Assembly (NCBI GenBank): GCA_950097015.1
Contig: CATNEN010000039.1
Location: 17,422,001 to 17,486,000, forward strand
Source of the DNA: Macrostomum hystrix
Taxonomy: Eukaryota; Animalia; Platyhelminthes
Direction: 5' to 3'
DNA: 64,000 nucleotides
Position 1 is the stretch's first letter. Each line of letters starts with the position of its first letter. This document shows positions 63,506-64,000 of this stretch, piece by piece. A program made the translations under genes and the position numbers. The notes under the pieces are model-generated. The model worked only from the letters and a program-made list of their open reading frames with translations. It made no database searches and was not told where the DNA came from.

Positions 63506-64000
63506 ATATCTAGTATCTAGAATTGCAGCAGGATCTAGTTACCAGGAGAATCGCTGCAGGATCAGTCCCTAGAATCGCGATTTGATCATCTGCTTCCATA
63601 TTTAATAAATGAGATTTGCCCAATTCACACGCAACACAGGCATGCTTCTCAATTCCTCCTATTCACGGCTCGCAGGGCCCTCCTGGGGAAATTGATGCCA
63701 GGTTAAAAAAAACCGGATTAAACTAGTTTAGGAGCGAAAATGAAATAAAAAGCAACAATTAAGATAAATAGAAGCTCTCCCATTGTTTGATAGTAAATTA
63801 AAAAAGCGAGGTGGGGATAGATTCTGTTTCCCTAAAACAATTGGGAGCATGACAAATCCAGGCTGAATTTTTTCTATCTAATCTCGAGCTTCGCGCAGCT
63901 CGTCTTGCATGGGGAGAACAAAACAATGTAACAAATGCAAAAGCAACACAATGAACACAAGCAGAAATGTCTTACTAGCTAAACAGTGATTTATTAATGC

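Overview
Eukaryotic (metazoan) genomic DNA with GC-rich spliced exons, AT-rich introns and many 20-41 bp minisatellites. The composition suggests a free-living flatworm such as Macrostomum, but that is inference only. Host genes reconstructed by hand from GT-AG boundaries: an ACSF3/MatB-type malonyl-CoA synthetase (-), a complete six-exon macroH2A (-), an intronless divergent PP1 inhibitor-2-like gene (-), a secreted PAN-like + LamG-like protein (+) with a frameshifted partial paralog, a PX-SH3-SH3 NADPH-oxidase-organizer-like gene (-), a NET1/ARHGEF3-like RhoGEF (+) and two tandem, divergent AK2-like adenylate kinases (-). Mobile DNA includes two tRNA-derived SINE families, a decayed R1/LOA-like LINE fragment and foldback elements. 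The standout is an apparently full-length, intact ~7.07-kb non-LTR retrotransposon (53187-60253, RTEX-like) inserted into a 25-bp satellite with a putative 6-bp target-site duplication. Its ORF1 begins with an ALKBH2/3-type AlkB Fe(II)/2-oxoglutarate dioxygenase domain that retains all catalytic residues. This is followed by a coiled coil, a degenerate SGNH-esterase-like domain and an Arg/Tyr/Ser-rich tail. The element therefore appears to carry its own nucleic-acid demethylase.
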